Origin: Podarcis cretensis
Taxonomy: Eukaryota
Direction of reading: 5' to 3'
NCBI GenBank assembly: GCA_951804945.1
Contig: OX638155.1
Location: 47,120,001-47,184,000, forward strand
Length of the DNA: 64,000 nt
Shown: piece after piece, positions 43,690-58,167 of the stretch
How positions within the stretch are numbered: position 1 is the first letter of the stretch
Layout: each line of letters opens with the position of its first letter
Program-made: the position numbers and the translations under genes
Notes under the pieces: generated by a model
What the model saw: the letters and a program-made list of their open reading frames with translations, nothing else
Told to the model about the DNA's origin: nothing
Databases searched by the model: none

Positions 43690-44440
43690 TTATGAATTAC
43701 TTTTGATTGTTCTAAATCCTCTGCCAATTGTTTTCATTAGATGATCCCAAGTTCTGGTGATATGAGTAAAAGAAAAGAAATCTCTCTCCACTTTCTGCAT
43801 GCTTTGCTCCAACTCTCACTGGTTGGCTTTTGAAGCTAAAGCCCGCCCCCAGCTTTTCACCTTCCTTTGTACAGAATGTGCTCCACCCTCATGACTATGT
43901 TGATCGACTTTCTCTGCACCTTTACTAGGTCTACAGTTTTGGGAGACATCCTTTTGCATCTCTGCAGTTTCCTTTGGTTTTCACCACCCTGAAGAATTTG
44001 GTGTTTGCAGACTTGCCCACCTTGCTGCTCCTCTTTAAGTCCAAATCATTTATGAAAAAATTAAAAACCACTGGTTGCTTAGGGGACCCTGTCTCACCTC
44101 ACTCCACTGTGAGGACTGTCCATTTATTCATTCTTTTTTTTTTTACCAGTTTCCAATCTGTTGCTAAGCTAACTCAGGAGTATTTGTGAGAGATTTGTGA
44201 AAAGCTTTTTTTTTAAAAAAAAATACAAGTGTATTGTGTCTATCAGATCATCCTTTCCTAAGTGCTGACACACTCAAAGAATGTTCAAATGTTGTGAGAC
44301 TGGAGCCATTGTGTCTTCCTAGCAAGATGTGTTATTCTATATGCTTTATAGTGTTATTTTTAATCATATTTTGAACTAATGTGCCCAGAACAGACATTAA
44401 GCTGATTAAGCTACAATTGAGAAACTAAAAGCTTCTTTAT
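43690..44440 (-). mobile_element. Highly decayed CR1 fragments
   Basis: Patchy similarity to the CR1 at 36554-37285. Confidence 0.45.
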
Positions 44441-44475
44441 GAAAAGTTGAAGAGCTATGTAATTTTTCTTTGTAG

Positions 44476-44613
<138 letters not shown>

Positions 44614-45027
44614 TGAAGTAGATCGAGTTTATTGGAAGATGGATGTATTAAAATATAAAAGTCAGTTTCTGAGTTTGTCTCACTCAAATGTATAAGGGGT
44701 GTTCTGCCCACCCCCTTACCAGAGAAGAGGAAAAGCTTAGTCGTGAGATTTATCCCTTTGCTTATAAAAGTGAATAACTGATTGTAGATGTGATGCTGGT
44801 GGGAGGAGTATACCTTTTTGAAACTATCTTGTGCTAGATGATAAACTGTCTCCAGTTCCTAACATGGATGAATCAATATTCACTGGTGAGGACTATGCAA
44901 AACGGGTGTGCTATGTGTTCTAGGCTCCTTACGATATTTTCTTGTTAATCTGTTCATTACATTCCACTTTTACATTAAATAAGTAAAAAAACCTGCATCA
45001 ATCTGAATAATTCCCCCCCCCCTCCAG

Positions 45028-45141
45028 ATTGTGCCAGCCTTATGAAAAAATGTGTACAGTGTCGGGCAGTGGTAGAGCGAAGAGTGCCTTTCATTATGTG
45101 TTGTGGTGGGAAAGGTACAGAAGACTCCACAGATGACATTG
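45028..45141 (+). CDS. MIB1: MIB1 exon 19
   Basis: [37 protein letters not shown]; 114 nt. Confidence 0.96.
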
Positions 45142-45287
45142 GTGAGTTTGTTTATTTTTCTTCTTTTAGCAGTGGTTTCAATTTGCAAACTCCTTCCTGA
45201 TTCAGGAAGTGGATTGCATTGGAACCATTGTTCTGATGCAATTAATGGGCTAGTAGTAATTTTTAAATTGGTTCAGCTCTTTTGTAA

Positions 45288-45593
<306 letters not shown>

Positions 45594-47415
45594 TAATTAA
45601 AACAACAATTAAAGGAATATAAATAGTAGGCATACTGTACACTGCAGTTATTGTCATCAACTCTAGAATATCTCCCTAAGCATCTTTTAGGTTCAATAAT
45701 AAATTTTATAAAAAAATGGAAAAAGATTCAGGACGTATTCTTTCTTCTGTTTTCACATAAAATGTCCACAGACACAAACTGGATTTTTAAAAAATGATGC
45801 ATGGATGTATGTTGCGGAAAGGCAACTCATTTCACGTATGTTTAACAATTGGAATGTAGGACAAAAGCCACATCATTTGAAAGAATTACATTTCTTTTCT
45901 TCAGACTTTATGGCAGATTGAATATGGATTTTAAACCTCTGCAAATAGTGAAACCCTGCCATGTAGAAGGGTTGTTTTTTTTAATAAAAAAATCCTTATT
46001 AGAAATGGCATTTCTATTTGGACTTTATCAACCTTTATCTATTAGTCCACTATTTTGTTACCCAGCCCTTATCCACAAAGCTGTTGGTAAAAATAAATGA
46101 CAGTGATAAAAGTAAGACAGTAGTTCCAGGCAGTAGTGTTGAGTTCAGCTCCCTCTGAATCAGGGCAGCAAGAAAGTGCCAGTAGGGTGCTACTGCTAAG
46201 ACAATCACTGCAAAGGCACTCCCTCATCTATTCATGTCTTATTCTTTCTCCTCTCCTCTGCCCACTTTCTATCACAAACACTGCAGAAAGTATAAACAGC
46301 AATGGTTCTTACGTAAACTGCAGAGCAGATCATGGGGGTGCGTGGGGAGAGAAGAGGAAAGGGAAATCCCAATGCATGAGTGGAACTGTTTGTACAGTGC
46401 TGGATATAATCCATAGTCTCTTCTCCCCTGCCACCAGAGAACAGAACAAGAGCCAAAGAGAACAAATCCACAGGAAACTACTACTAGTCCTGATTTCAAA
46501 AGCATTCCTAATTTTTATGCTTTTATTAAAAAGGAGGGGAGAAAGATGAATACGCAGATAAAAAGCCGAAAGCCACCTTTAGTTTGTTCCCCTCCCCGGC
46601 CCCAAACTTATATTTAAACTTATTTTCAGGACAGCAGTGATCCTCCAACTGAGCAGTGAGTTTCCTGAATGGTCTATCCTTCCAAGGACAAATCAGCTAA
46701 GTCATCCAAACTAGACTCTGCCTTCCTTTCTGTCCTGTAGGCAGGACCAACAGTCTTCTTTCTGGCCTCCTTTGGTACAGACAGCACTTGGGCATTCTAA
46801 TAAAGTCATGGCCTCCATTTTTATTTAATATCACATCAGACAGAGTTCTACAGACTCAAAGGGGTCATAATATCTGGAAATATATGGAGATTTCATTTTT
46901 AGTTGCCATTAGAAATTCCGAAAGGGTTTGTGTGTTTCCAAAATTTCAGAAGTGTTTAAATGAGCTTCGCAGTCTGTTTCTGTGTGACAGATTTATTTCA
47001 TATTTCACTATACCTTTTAATTGTATAAAATAGATGTCATTTACAAAGACAGTTATGTCCTTAGCAATGATGGTCATAATAATAAAAATATGAAGAATGT
47101 AGCATTGCTTCAAAACTTTGAATGTATTTAGCAAATGTGAAGTTGGCCTAAGCCCATATACAACACAAAATGATTCTGGTGTATCTTTCTGTGAGGAACG
47201 CTAAAGATGTATGTTAAGTGCTTTGAGAATTTTTAATCGCTGAGTTAAATTTTAGCAACACTACTTTAAGGCAGGTGGTTGATGAGTATCCTTCAGAGTT
47301 TTTTTATGGTATTTATTTCACCAGCCTCACTTTCTGAAAATGGTATTTACATTAGGCGTAGTAAGCTAATAAGGTATAATACTTGGTTATTATTTGTCTC
47401 CAGACAGTTCTTTAG

Positions 47416-47577
<162 letters not shown>

Positions 47578-50240
47578 AATATAAAGTGTCTTACAGTAGC
47601 TTGTCATATTATTACTACATTTTGCTCATTGAATCTTCATAAGCTTTAGTGGCAGCTAAAGTTTGTCCTGAAAACATTTCTAATGCTATGGAGTTATTGC
47701 ATTGTAAGTGCTTAGACTGACAATACAAATCAGTATTTGAGTGGTCAACCTCTCCTATCAAGAAAGCTAAACCAAGTTTAGGTTAATTAACAATGCAGTC
47801 TTTTTTATATCTTTTGCCTTTCTTTTTCTCCCCAACCCCTTTATGTTAAAGGGACAATTTCCTGTTGGTATTTTTATTTTATATGTATGAACTCTTAATT
47901 TCAATGTTGATTTTTATACTGTCAGCTGCTTTCATGTATAAATATTTTTAATTCTCTAAATTGTATTTGTTTTAAATACGTTTTCATAGTAGTGTCAGTA
48001 ATAAATTGCAAAAGCAAGCTAAGCCTCGGAGCTAGGTACAGGAATTTTTAAAAATCAGCACAATAAATGAATCGTGTTTCAGTATTACAAAATGCCTCTA
48101 AAATCTGAACGCCTATAATTTTGTATGGTTTTCTTATTGTCCCACATTAGTTTAAAGGAGAATGAGGATTATTACAAAAGTTGCTGATTTTAAAGGGCTG
48201 CTTGTAGCCTCCACATCCATAGCAGGGGTGCCTTCTAGAATTGGCCTCCTGAAAAGCCGCCTCCACAAATGGGGAAAACTCCCAATGTGATGGTGCTGAA
48301 GACAGTACAGGCTGTTGCTAGTAATGAAAAGAAAACGCCCTGCATAATATAGCAAGCCCTTCTTTCGGCCTGAGAGGCTTTCAGGATCTCGGCCATAATC
48401 CCTTCAACTGAGAGAACAGTTTTTAGAATGGTGACAGACATTATTATTTGTATACTTGCAAAAGAAAACCATTCTATCTGTAGGCTAGAATTTAACATTT
48501 TAAGTCTAGTAATTGGACTTAAATGCCACCTTGCAAAAAGGGAATATACAGCAGAGAGTTTTAAGATAAATAGGAACAATAGCTTCTGTAATATGAATAT
48601 TACTCATTTTGGTGCAGACTTCGCAGTATGCATAAACTTTTCTTTTCTGAAACTTCATTGGGACCATTCAGTTAATAACCAGGACAGTGCTTGATATGTC
48701 TGTGAGATTTCTATAAATTGGGGGCCTGTTTAGGGAGGATAAGGCAATGATGGGTTAATATAAATGCTATCCAAGGATATGGAAAAGCATCTTGCTCTGA
48801 ATGTTCTGCAGTAGGCTGTAGATAGTCTCCCAAAGATTAAATAACATATCTTAGATGGTGCATGATTGCAGAAAATAAGTTAATTTTTGGATTTATAATT
48901 AACAGATACACCATTTATTTGTATTTAACTCCAATTCAGACAAATTCTTATAAGCATGTGGTGAAACATTAGATTAGAAAGAAAATTGCCTTTAACAATT
49001 TGATTCCTGTTAAATGTACTCAAAGGGAATTACTTGCAGGAATAGACTATATTTGGTAAATATAATCTGTGTCATATAAATTTGAGTTGAGATTTTTATT
49101 TTATTTTATGCAGAAGTTTGCAAATTGCCTGGAACAAAGTTAATCATGTCTTAGGAATGGTTTGTGATGAAAGAAGGTACAGAAACATTGCATACATAAA
49201 AATATCCATGGTATATAGGATTGTGCTGCAATTCCTAAGCACAGCCATCTGGAAGTTCCACAAAAGCAAACGGGTCTTGGATCCCTTACATTTATCTTTC
49301 AAAAAAAGATGCATATGATTGTGTATTAGAATGAAGTATAAATTTGTTAAATAAGTGTGAGCTGCTTGACTTCTTAGACAAGCATGCTTACATTTATAAA
49401 ATACTTGTTTCTGTTCTGATTTTGAAATTTCTGGCTATTTAATTGTATAGTTGCTGCAGTATTTCAAAAGTGAAATAGCTAGTTCCAAGAACAATTTGGA
49501 TAACTATTTCCACAAACGGTCTTCTGAAATTGTGCATGCATATGCACAGAAAAAAGACCTTAGAGAGTTTATTAATAGTAACATAATTAATAAAATAATG
49601 TGGCACATGAGGTAGTTTTTTTTTTCAGGAGTTTGCCATCAAAGAACTTTTCATTGATTTTGAACAGCCAGTTTATATAAGGAACTAAAACAAACGAGGC
49701 ATTTTATGCCGAAAAGTAAAGGAAGAATGTTGTATGTCATAGGTAGGGCAAATGTCAATGCTTTGGTGACAAAGGAGTTTCTGGTATACAATGGTGTAAT
49801 TCTGTGTTCTATTATTTTAGCACAGCTGGAAAAGTTGAATGATAAAATTATTAAATCATTTTGTATCCTCTGTCCCTTTTCTCCGTTCTACAAAACACGT
49901 TCATAGCATGACTAGTCTTATAAGCAGGTCAATTAAGTTATTCATTGTCTAAGAGAATGGACGTGAGGTGCTGCATTGACCTCAAATCTAGTAGAAGGAA
50001 GTAGGGCACTTGTATTAGCAAATCTTACTTTTTGTTGCTTTGATGCTATTTTATGTCATTCTGTTCACAATGTAGAGAACAAAATTATTTTAACGTCCCT
50101 TAGCCAACAGAAAACTACATTTGTTTAAACCTTTCTTAATTTATTTAATAAGTAGTTTGTTAAACCTTTATAGTATAGAAGACAGATGTTGAGACTTGAA
50201 TTTATACTTTTATTAAACTGTAAATATAAACCTGAAGTGT
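47578..50240 (+). other. MIB1: Probable MIB1 3' UTR (end uncertain)
   Basis: AT-rich, no recognisable repeats for 2.7 kb; AATAAA near 48000 and 48062; ATTAAA 50212-50217 next to Pumilio element TGTAAATA 50219-50226. Confidence 0.55.
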
Positions 50241-50489
50241 ATGACTGTGTCAAACTATATTCTAATCTGCACTATATTAGAAACAGTACTTGCAGTCCTG
50301 ATCAGAGAACTACGCATAGGGCCCAACACCTATGGTAAAAGGGTTCCTATGGATAATGTTCCAGTAATAAGCTGCCTAAACTAGCCGTGTGCTCCCTTCT
50401 CCCTAACTCCAATGTTCTGCACTGTGCCTGTGCTGTATAGCAGCTGGGGGTGAGGAGGGTTGCCAAGGGCCACCGGAAGTAGGACACTA

Positions 50490-50715
50490 CAGTGGTACCT
50501 CGGGTTAAGTACTTAATTTGTTCCGGAGGTCCGTTCTTAACCTGAAACTGTTCTTAACCTGAAGCACCACTTTAGCTAATGGGGCCTCCTGCTGCTGCTG
50601 TGCAGCCGGAGCACGATTTCTGTTCTCATCCTGAAGCAAAGTTCTTAACCCGAGGTACTATTTCTGGGTTAGAGGAGTCTGTAACCTGAAGCGTATGCAA
50701 CCCGAGGTACCACTG
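50490..50715. mobile_element. MITE family A copy, opposite orientation to the other four
   Basis: TA flanks, TIR CAGTGGTACCTCGGGTT. Confidence 0.9.
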
Positions 50716-50771
50716 TACTTCACAGCCAATAGGTGAAAAGAGCAGCTGTGCAATACAGCAGCAGGAAACTA

Positions 50772-51065
50772 CCGTATTTTTTGCCCTATAAGACGCACCT
50801 AGTTTTTAGAGGTGGAAAACAAGAAACAAGAATGCAACACAAAGCCTCTTGAGCGAAGAGGGAGGAGTGCTCCCGCTGCGCTCAATAGGCTTTTCGTGGC
50901 TATCGCTGAAGCCAGGAGAGCAAGAGGGATCGCTGCGCACCGATCCCTCTTGCTCTTCTGGCTTCAGCGATAGCTGCGCAGCCTGCATTCGCTCCATAAG
51001 AGCACACACATTTCCCCTTACTTTTTAGGAGGGGAAAAGTGTGTCTTATAGAGCGAAAAATACGG
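50772..51065. mobile_element. Tc2/pogo-like MITE (TIR CCGTATTTTT)
   Basis: TA left flank, imperfect TIRs of ~25 bp, internal 34-bp inverted repeat. Confidence 0.75.
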
Positions 51066-52456
51066 TGCATTTCTCACATGGGCCCTAAAACTACCAAGTC
51101 AGCTGTAGTCATCCTGTTGCTTGAAGATAGGAAAATGTCATCACTGCCAACAGAATCTTTCACACTCCTTCCTTAGAGTCAGTTTGGCTTCTAACCAGAT
51201 GTAGAAGAATACCTAATACTCAAGGAATTACAATGCAACATCCATAAAAGCACAATAACACAAATACATATGTGCACTGGCTGCACTCTAGACATTTGGG
51301 TCTTCAATTATTGCATGTATGTTGGTCAGCAGTGGGATGGGGGTGGAGTCCTGGTTTTCTCCTAGTGCTCCCTCAGAAACACCCTTCAAGTGAGGAGAGT
51401 GGTCCCTTCTTGAGTGGGCACTAGGACAACAGCAGTGTTCTTAAGCTGCTCCTATTGACTTAAGTGAGTACCAGCTAAATTAAGTACGTATTTGAAATAA
51501 CCTGCTGGAGGAGACACTTCTGAAGCACAACCTCTGAAAAAGAGTACAAATCTATTTTGCAATATTTTGTGAATATACCGTACTTGGGTTCAGCCAAGTA
51601 GCTACCTGACACATGTTGCAATGGTGCATTTGTTGAAAATGCCTGCACTTGTGGCCACTTGAGTAGACTGAGTTGTGTCATTAGGAGGCACCAAATTCAG
51701 AGAACTGTAAACTCAACAAATGACCCAGACGTTATTCTGCCCAACAAAAGTGAACGAAATGACCCAAGGATTCTGTTTTGCAGAAGGATTTAGTATGATG
51801 TATATAAACAATGTCCTATGAACATCTAGAGATGCATTCTAAGATGGGTTAATTGGAGATAGTCACAAAGTGGATAACATCAATTATTTCAGCTTGTGGA
51901 AAACTGAATTTATCTCTTGCAGAGTTCAGCAGAATGTGCTGGTTTCTCATGCCTCTGATCTTAAACTTTCTGTAGCATGGATTCCAAGTGTCTAGATGTG
52001 GGGATTCCAGAATCCAGAGGTTGGCAATCACACTTCAGTGGTCAAATTGTGAAACTACTAAGAATGAAAGGGTAGGGGAAAGCAGGCAAGAGGTCAAAAC
52101 AGATTACAAAATAAACTCTAATGTGGCTCTAAAACTGGACTAATTCCAGCTTACCAACTAACAGTATAGTATTTCTAGACTATAGAACAGTATAGTATAA
52201 TATTTCTAGACAGTGTTACTCTGAGTACTGAGGGTGGTCAGCTTCTGGTGGTATGGAAGATGCAGTAGTGGGGCATGTTGAATTTTTCAACTTTCAAATT
52301 CCAAAAATGAGTGCTCAAAAGTTGTAACATGTTTTGGGAATTCAAAAGATATTTTGGTTAGATTAAAATAATTCAGTTTTTTAAAATGGGTGTGATGACA
52401 ACTTTTGTTGGCTTCAATATTTCTAGGTCGGTACACGTCCTCTTCCGATTGCAAAG

Positions 52457-52961
52457 TGTCAGGGACTGGCAGGGCTCCAAAGAACGTGTGACTGAGACAG
52501 GGGACCAGGGGAGTGACCCAGAAGAGGTGACCACTGATTTATGGGGTCTGACTGCCCGCAAGGCAGGAGCCAGGAGAGAAGGGCAGGCTGAGACAGGAAG
52601 GCATGTCAGATGTGGAGGAAGAAGAGGAGGCTGTTCAGCTGACCTTCCCCTGTCCCTCTGGTCTCCTCGAACCAGGAGGATCTTGAGGTGGGAAGAAAAG
52701 TGGTGCCTTACATGGAGGAAAAGTCTCAGGTTGTGGGCATGCAACCTGACTGGGGAGGATTTATAAGCCAGCAGCAGAGTAGGGTCTCCCTGTTGCTCCA
52801 ACTGCTCCATAGGGCCCAGATCTGTGGACAGATGCCTGGAGACTAGAAGTGTGTGTGTGTCCAGAGCGCCGTGGTAGCTGCTTGTAAGTGTTTCTCTTGC
52901 AAATAAAGAGTTCAGTATTAGACGTGTGCCTTTTTTTAATATCTAGGACAGCCCTATGACA
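52457..52961 (+). mobile_element. Solo LTR, probably Gypsy-type, 505 bp
   Basis: TGTCA...TGACA ends, TATA (tttataag ~52760), AATAAA 52902-52907, 5-bp flanks CAAAG/GAAAG. Confidence 0.75.
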
Positions 52962-53208
52962 GAAAGGAAGGCTTGAAAATGAAAGCAGAGCTAGGTGTTC
53001 TGTCACAGCAAGTGCACATTTTTAAAACAATAAAATTTGAATAAAGATGAATCTCTAATAAAGGTTATGCACCCCATCTCCGAAGTCCAAAAGCACTTAA
53101 GGATTAGGTGACATTTTAAACAAGGAAAGAAATAACAGTACAGTAGTTGAAATGAAACCTGGATCACTTTGATAGCTCTCTCTCTCTCTCTGTGGGGAGA
53201 GAGAGAGT

Positions 53209-53224
53209 CCACTAGGGGGCAGTA
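53209..53224 (+). promoter_or_regulatory. CTCF motif CCACTAGGGGGCAGTA
   Basis: Near-perfect CTCF core consensus. Confidence 0.65.
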
Positions 53225-55842
53225 ATGTACTTTACTGCTAAGAAGATCATATCATAATGCAAAGTTATTAGTTAAATCTTATCTGCATAAATGAGAGTGA
53301 GCTAGAAGACTTCCGTTCTTTCTCTCCAAGTCTGCTTTAAGGTGGATGACTACTAACACTAATTGATCTTGCAACATAAACTGAGAGCAGAGCTGCAATG
53401 GAATTTCCATACAATTGGAAATACCGCACCAAGGATCTTTAAAAAAGAAGATAATTTTGCAATAAGCATTTATTCATTTAAGCACGATGTCCATAATTAC
53501 CCATGGAATGTGAGAAGAAGAAGAGGAAGAAACACGAGTCCTTAATGTTTTGGATCAAAAGTGCAAGACTGAAAAGTATTTACCGTATTTGGGGGGGGGG
53601 GGACACAATTAGCTAAAATGGTGGTGGGAATGGTGGAGCTAGGATATTCATAGCACTATGAACGAAGACTACAGAGCCTGCCAAAATCTACAGTATTAAC
53701 ATTTTTGTAGCCTGGCAATCACAGGAATGATAACCCACAATACAAAGGTTTCCAAAAGTTTAGAAGAGCCAGAACATTTCTATACTGTGGTTGGACTTCT
53801 ATTATTTTTACCAACGGGTTATTTCCTAGTGGTGCAATTGACTTCCGACAAGCACACACAGTGTGAACAAGACGGGGGGGGGGTCGTTTAATTTCACTGC
53901 ACACAGGTGGTGTAGTGACAATAAAGGTTTATTATTATTTCTTATTCAGTACCAGAACTCTTTGGTGCTGCAAGCAAAGAAAATGCAGAGCTCTTAATGG
54001 TTTCATTAACTGGTGTCTCCTCATATCTTCAGATTTTGTTGACCAATTACAATAATTAATTCGTGGCTCCCTTAGTTATTTCTGATACTTTTGTATTATT
54101 ACGTTTGTTGTTTTGTTTCTGTTTCTGTTTCTGTTTTATGTATGATGGAAGAAAATTAATTTATAATAATAAAATGGTGGTGACCATTCGGATTGTTTTA
54201 ATTTACCATATAGGACCATAGAAATATAATACTCTTTCATTTAAGCAGTGTTTCACTAATATTTTTAAAGGGTTATCACTCCAAAAGCTTTTAAGCGCTA
54301 AATGCAGATAAAATGTATATGTAACTGAGCTATAAAATGGTGTCCCGTGTAAAGCTTATGTAATGAAAGTGTGTTGAATTGCAATATCTTCACATGTGCA
54401 ATACATCACTGTCCACATCAAAACCAAGCCTCCACTGCAAAAGGAAATTGCTTATGTGTTACCCTTCCATTCAGATGCTGTTCCTGTCTATTCCAATATT
54501 CTCCATTTGAAAAAGATTTGGAATTTATTATGGTATCTGTTGACTGTGGCTTTGCCTTCTTAGTACCATTGGGTGTCACTGTTGCCACTGGTTTTGGGAA
54601 ACTGGGAACATTTAAATATTCCCAGGGCACAGATGACCAGAATGAGATTATTAAAAAGAAAGAAAAAGACAACAATTTACTGGAGTTGGATTGAAATTAG
54701 TATGACTAGTTGCATTTTTAAAAGAAAATTAAAAGTGTCAAGGCTCTTCATTCCACAAAATTTTTCTGTCACTTCCTTCCATTCACGGGACTTGAAATAG
54801 TCTGCCATGCATATTAGGTTATTTTCATAGGCTGTGTGTTAGCATTGATGATGATAATGATGGTGATTAAAACGAGAGGCCTTTCTCCTTCAGAAAGCCC
54901 TGTGAAATTGTCTCTATTTGCAGATCTAAGTGCTGAAGGTCATTCTGGCTCAAAGGACCCAGCCCTCTCAGGCTATTCACCTTTTACCAAAGCCAGACTT
55001 CTTTGGAAGAAAATAGCCTTTAAAGCTGGTGCCACAAAAATGTATATACACACTTGACAACCCCCACCTTTTAGCCACCCATAATCGCACACACAGAACA
55101 GCCACAGAAGCTTTGAACTGTTTATATGATATACATCGCACAACGGGGCCTGCACTTTCCAGAGCGGCCTCTTTTACACAGGTCATTGCTAAGGCTCAAG
55201 TTGGCTCTGTGTGTGTTATTGTGAAGATGACATTTTAAACAGACCTTATCACTGTGTGTTCAATCAAGGTTTATGAGGACCGATAAAGTTGCTTTTGTAT
55301 GTTTATTAAAACACTCGTCCATGGTAGGGAAAATAATATCATTAATACACGCTACTTTCTACCCATCTCTTGCTGTTCAGGAGGAAATAAAAATGAGATG
55401 TTTTGTTTATCTAATTAACTGCTTCAGCTCAATTGACAAGCATAATTATCTTTAATATCACAGCCTATCATAACTGCTTACTTAACAATGCAGTGACAGG
55501 TTTCATATGGCAGTAAAATTATGTTTGTTTTCTCCAAACGATGAAGGGTAATAACACTGATATTAGTTGGAAGGGTTTCACAAATGTTTTTCTGTGCTGG
55601 TTCTGTGTGCTGTAATTCACCCAACTGATTGGAAGTTCCCTCCTTTCCGTAAAAAAAACTCCCCAACAACCAAGTATCTTTCCAATCTATTATTTTAATA
55701 GTTTACTTATGCAAAGCCAGACCATTGGTCTAACTCTATCAGATTCTATCTGGTATTTTCTACACTGACTCGCAGCTTCAGATAAGGAGGTTTTCCCTGC
55801 TTCATGTGGAGGTTCCTGTGCTCTTGCTTCCATCCAATCGTC

Positions 55843-55975
55843 GGGGAGGGCTGTCGTTCACTGGCAGAGCACATGTGTTGTATGCAAAATGTCCTGGATT
55901 CAATCCTTGGCTTCTTCAGGTAGGGCTGGGGGAAAATTCTGTATTGAGAGTCACTGCCAGATGGAGGCCAATAGT
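55843..55975 (+). mobile_element. Squam3-like tRNA SINE 5' part
   Basis: Similar to the SINE head at 61810. Confidence 0.6.
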
Positions 55976-57575
55976 CCACTTTTTGCATATGACAGCTTTT
56001 TGCATTCCATATTACTCTTGTCTTGCATTGCATTGCTGTTGTTTGAGGGATTGCTCAAACACTGATTTTAACCTTGAAAGCCTTTGGGGTACAGGTCACA
56101 TCTGAGGCTCTGATCATGGTCCTGCCCATACATGAAATCTGATGGGCAAGTACCCATGACAACTTTTCGGTGGTGGCAGTACAATTTTTAAATTCCTTTC
56201 TCTCAGAGGATACACCAAACTCCTCTTCTTTTGATATCTAGACATTTTGGTTCTTGAGTTTTTAGCGCTTGCTATGTCTGGCTTTTTAATCTGGTGTTTC
56301 TGATTTTGTTTTATCTGCTGCTGTTTTATAGCTTCTTTTGTTACTTTTAATGTCATGTTTTTATTTTGTGTAACTTACACAAGGTTAAAAACAATCACTT
56401 AATATTTGTGTTCTATGCACTATTTTTTAATATATAGACTTGCACCATTGCAAATTTGAATCAGCTCTAAAATTGACTGATATATTATTTATTTTAAAAT
56501 GTTTTTATACCTAGTGCTTTTTTCTGGGGGTACGCAGGAGTATGCATACCCTTAAACATTTTGTGACTCTAACAGGAGAAGAAACTAATTTTTTTAAGAA
56601 GTTTCTTCTCTAGCACGCTGAATCATCAGTTCCGTTGTTACCCCGATGTCCATTTACTATATTTATTTTCCCCAATTTGAACTATAACATGGTGATTTTC
56701 TTGAGTCAAAATGAGAATACCCCTAAACATTTTTTATTTAAAAAAGCACTGTTTATACCACTTTGTATATAACAATCACAATGTGGTATACATTACAATG
56801 TAAAAATCACAATAAGTATACAATCCTTATCATTTATGGAGAATAATTTTCCATGCTTGCTCTTTGTAAGGCTACATGCATGCTATCTGAACTTAAGCGC
56901 ACTGCTGGTATAATTACCTTTCAGGTAATTAATTTACCTATTGTAAAAATTTGTGCGATGAAGTAGATAGTTGGTGTGCAGTATTGAGGCTGCAATATTA
57001 AGCACACTTACCAGGGAGTAAGTTCCACAGAAGTCAGTGATACTAACTACTGAATAAAAATTAATAAGATTGCACTGTTAAACCTAGAGAAGCTTGGTGT
57101 AAATTCTGATGCAGATAAAATTAGAAACTTCCATGTATCTATCTCTGTCTATGACTAGAATAAGCCCATTTCAAAAGTTGTAAATATAAAAGTATAATTG
57201 TGAGATGTGATGTTTGTTTGCCACATATACATAACACACAGAGATTGGATTTCACCAGGTATTGCCTTTTATATGTCAAGCATGCCATGGAATGTCCTGT
57301 CCTGGGAGAAGCATATGGTTTCCTCCTTGACAGTCTTAAGAAACTTGCTGAAAATTCCCTATTAGCCCTTGGCTTTTAGCTTGAAGTTTTTGCTGGGTTT
57401 TTTAAAAAAAGTATTTTTATGATTGACGTGGTATTGTATAATGTAAGCTGCACTGGGCATTTTAGATATGAAATGGAAAAGCGGGACAGAAATAACACAC
57501 AAAGCCACCATCTACAAAGCACACTGAGAGAATCAAACTTCTTCCTTGCACAGAATTAATGTGCACTATGGAAAA

Positions 57576-57869
57576 AACCACAGAGCCTAGGACTTGCCGA
57601 TCAGAAGGTCGGCGGTTCGAATCCCTGCGACGGGGTGAGCTCCCGTTGCTCGGTCCCTGCCAACCTAGCAGTTCGAAAGCACATCAAAGTGCAAGTAGAT
57701 AAATAGATACCACTCCGGCAGGAAGGTAAATGGTGTTTCCATGCGCTGCTCTGGTTCGCCAGAAGCGGGTTAGTCATGCTGGCCACATGACCAGCTCCCT
57801 CGGCCAATAAAGCGAGATGAGTGCCGCAAGTCACAACTGGACCTAATGGTCAGGGTCCCTTTACCTTTT
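57576..57869 (+). mobile_element. Sauria SINE, 5'-truncated with internal deletions
   Basis: Aligns to the 12534 copy; TSD TATGGAAAAAAC (57567-57578, 57870-57881). Confidence 0.9.
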
Positions 57870-58167
57870 TATGGAAAAAACATGGAAATTAAATAGTGCC
57901 AATTTAAATATGATGCTGCCGTTTCCCTAATTTATGCACAATAGTTGTATCTAAGCAAGCATAAACAGTTGTTCCCTGACACAGCTCTTCAGGAAGTGTT
58001 AGTTAGCCATATTTGAATTTGGTTTGTATGAAGTCTGACCTTGAATCTGATAGTTAAGGGAGGGTTTCTGCAGTTTAGAAATTAGACCTGTACTATATGT
58101 AATCAAAGGGCTTCTAATATGACATTAATGGGCTTTTGTCATATGATATGAGCTATAATAAGTCCAG

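Noticed and set aside
49607-49618. let-7-like TGAGGTAG
   Set aside because: Only the seed, in sense orientation; no mature sequence or hairpin
52373-52810. Overlapping 145-aa and 126-aa ORFs
   Set aside because: Lie mostly within the solo LTR at 52457-52961
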